Positions 61,661-64,000 of a stretch of 64,000 bases of DNA are shown here, in pieces. The stretch lies in NCBI RefSeq assembly GCF_036321535.1, contig NC_087450.1:50902001-50966000 (forward strand). Reading direction: 5' to 3'. Below the pieces are notes generated by a model. The model had not been told where the DNA came from, ran no database searches, and saw nothing but the letters and a program-made list of their open reading frames with translations. The DNA is from Camelus dromedarius. Lineage: Eukaryota. The position numbers and the translations under genes are program-made. Every line of letters begins with the position of its first letter. The stretch's first letter is position 1.

Positions 61661-63769
61661 TCTTCATAAATGGTACAGAATTTCTCTTGAGGAAGGGATT
61701 GAATTTGTATAGGAAAATATCTTGACAAACCACTTGGTTTAGAAGATGGACTCTGGGGACCTGAATTAGCAGGAGGTCAAGGAGACCAAAGCAATGACTA
61801 AATTGTTGTGTATAAGAACTAGCTGAGAATATCGGTGTCTGTGAGAACAGACTGGAGGAGTCAGATGGCGAGAGGATGGCTGACCAGCATGGCGGACTGG
61901 CCAAAGGATTTCAGGACCAGAATAACTCATGTTCAATGAAAGTTATAGGCATTTTTGAGGTATAAACCTCCTTCACCTCCCCAAACCTCCTGTAAAATTT
62001 ACCCCACACACTAACTACTTGTGTGGGTGTGTGGTATAAATCCAAAAAGGGAGGTGGGTTCATGTCTGGGTCTCTTCCATGGTGGAAATAAATTAACAGC
62101 CATAACACACAGAGGAAAGAACGAGAATTCAGAGGAGGAAGGACATCTCAGGTGGACGAACGAACATGAGGGTATTGGCTCTCCTTAGAACACACAAAAA
62201 CTCCAGAGAAGCCACCAAGCTTTCCAAAATGTGCGGCTCTGCTGGGCGCGTACCAACTTTACTTCGATTTTCAAGGGAGGAGACCCCATCAACACCTGGG
62301 TTCCAATTCCTTGTCTGTTTCCTCACTGGGATTAACCTACGAAGGAGTCAGGTGTCCATGACTCTGTTCCCACACTGAATTGAGAAAACAGCTGTGAAAC
62401 AAATAAAGGAAGGAAATATAATGAAAAATAAAAAGTAGTGGGTCTAATTTGCGGGAGGTGTTTAAGCTTTCAGGAATATCCTGAACAAAACTGAGGCCTC
62501 TGATCAAAGGGTCCACACAGGAGATTGGAATGAGGAGGCTCCCGGGTCCCCTGCTGGCCTGGCTCCCTCTTTGTGCAGGAATTGTAGTTTATCCTCTCTC
62601 CAAGCGCATCTCACCTGCAAACGTGACAGGGCTTAACGGGCACCAGGATGGTGGTACAGGGAGGAAGGCCGGGGGACCAGGAGGAAGGCAGGTTGGGACT
62701 AGATGGCTGGAAACCCGCACTGACTCATTTCTCTGCATGGTCCCTGCTCTTGAGGTATCCGCCATGCCTCTGGGAAGCAGGGCATGGATGTGTGACGAGA
62801 GAAGGAGCCGCCCAGGTTAGGGTGTCACAGTGAGTGGCGCTTCTAGAGCTTGGACAAGGGGGTGATTCTTTCTGATCTCCTCTGAGCTGCTTGTTGTGGC
62901 ACCTACTGGAGCTGGATGCCAGAGCCGGGACCTGGCAACCACATACCCTTGAGGTGTCTACTCCCCATGATGGGTTAATCTTGCCTTTAGATCTGCTGCT
63001 CTTTTATTTTTCCTAATTATTCATATTTTGCCCACATTTTAAACCTTCCTTCAAACAACATAACCCCCCCCCCCCATATTAGGTTTTATAATTATTATGT
63101 GTTGGAGATATAGATAAATCTGCTTTTGCCTTTCCATGTGTGAAACTGATGGGTTTTTCGTCACCTTCCCTCGAGATTCAGTACATGCTTTGTAGTGGTC
63201 TTAATGAATCACCTTTCACCATCTACAGAGGTTATTTTTTCCCCTATTTTAAAAAAGGATCTGCCAGTGGAACAACCTACATGAACTGAAATGTTCCTGC
63301 CAAGTGCACTTGCCCCAAGGACAACCTCATAGTTGATAGACTTTAATCAGACCCCTCTTCTCTGCTCTCTGGAAATCTTCCTTCAGTTGCTCCTCCTAAC
63401 CCTGATCTCTGGGGGTTTCACCCCCTCATAAGGCCAGCGGGGAAGTAGTTCTTTGGAAAGCTGGACAGGGAACAGCTTTGGTGAAGAGTGTTTGTCTTTT
63501 CCTCTCCAAGAAAGGTCATAGGAAAGCCTTTGCTAAGAATAAGCTTTTTGGAAGGATGCTTGACATGCTTCGGCCTTGGCCTTCAGTGGGGGTTGCACCC
63601 TCCGGGGGAGCCAGAGTGTCGGCAGCAGCAGGAGCAGCAGCCTCAGCCTTGGGGGGCCCAACGCCACCCCTCCTACCCCTCTTCCCCCATTAAGGGATGC
63701 CCATCTTCCCTTGGGCTTGGGTGCGGGTTTCCCCCTTTTAGGGATAGATCTGGCTCCGCAAAGACTTCC

Positions 63770-63990
63770 TATGTCCTCCCTTGCTGTCTGATCTCCCTCC
63801 TTCCCACATAGTTCTCCTATGTTGGCATCACTCCAGCAGCTCTGACCTGTTTCTAGGTCATTCTGCGCATCTCATGGTTCCTAGCTGCCTTGCTTGGACA
63901 TGCTGTTCCCTTGGCTTGAAATGTTCTTTTCTCCCTTTCCCCCTAGCAGACCCCGCTTCTCCTTTTAAGACTCAGTTCAGTTAGCAGCTT
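63770..63990 (+). mobile_element. LINE-2 fragment
   Basis: tgttcccttggcttgaaatgttc..cttctccttttaagactcagttcag. Confidence 0.55.
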
Positions 63991-64000
63991 TTGGGAGCAT

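Noticed and set aside
61997-62041. Hairpin cccacaca/tgtgtggg with a longer imperfect alternative
   Set aside because: Driven by CA/TG low complexity.

Overview
Mammalian non-coding genomic DNA, most likely a camelid draft assembly. The taxon is inferred from four tRNA-Ala-derived SINEs that resemble the camelid Vic-1 family, recalled from memory rather than searched. There are six short N gaps. I cannot support any intact protein-coding gene, tRNA, rRNA or known ncRNA: the ORF track consists of chance ORFs in GC-rich DNA, low-complexity ORFs, gap read-throughs and decayed transposon ORFs. The window looks intronic or intergenic and is dense in old repeats: L2 (one copy keeps its endonuclease region), MIR, L1M, MaLR/ERVL LTRs, an ERVL-type gag relic and a near-complete but dead hAT transposase. 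The clearest oddities are (i) a scrambled L1 mosaic at 46.0-48.3 kb with a twin-priming-like inversion junction, a 5'UTR fused to late ORF2 and a 15-bp duplicated 5'UTR piece; (ii) an exact 28-bp non-repeat duplication at 13626 and 14910, next to a perfect TCAAGGTCA nuclear-receptor site; and (iii) several motif-dense candidate enhancers and weak candidate plus-strand exons. I found no convincing novel biological system. Repeat names and boundaries are from recalled consensus sequences and are approximate. Regulatory and exon calls are hypotheses.
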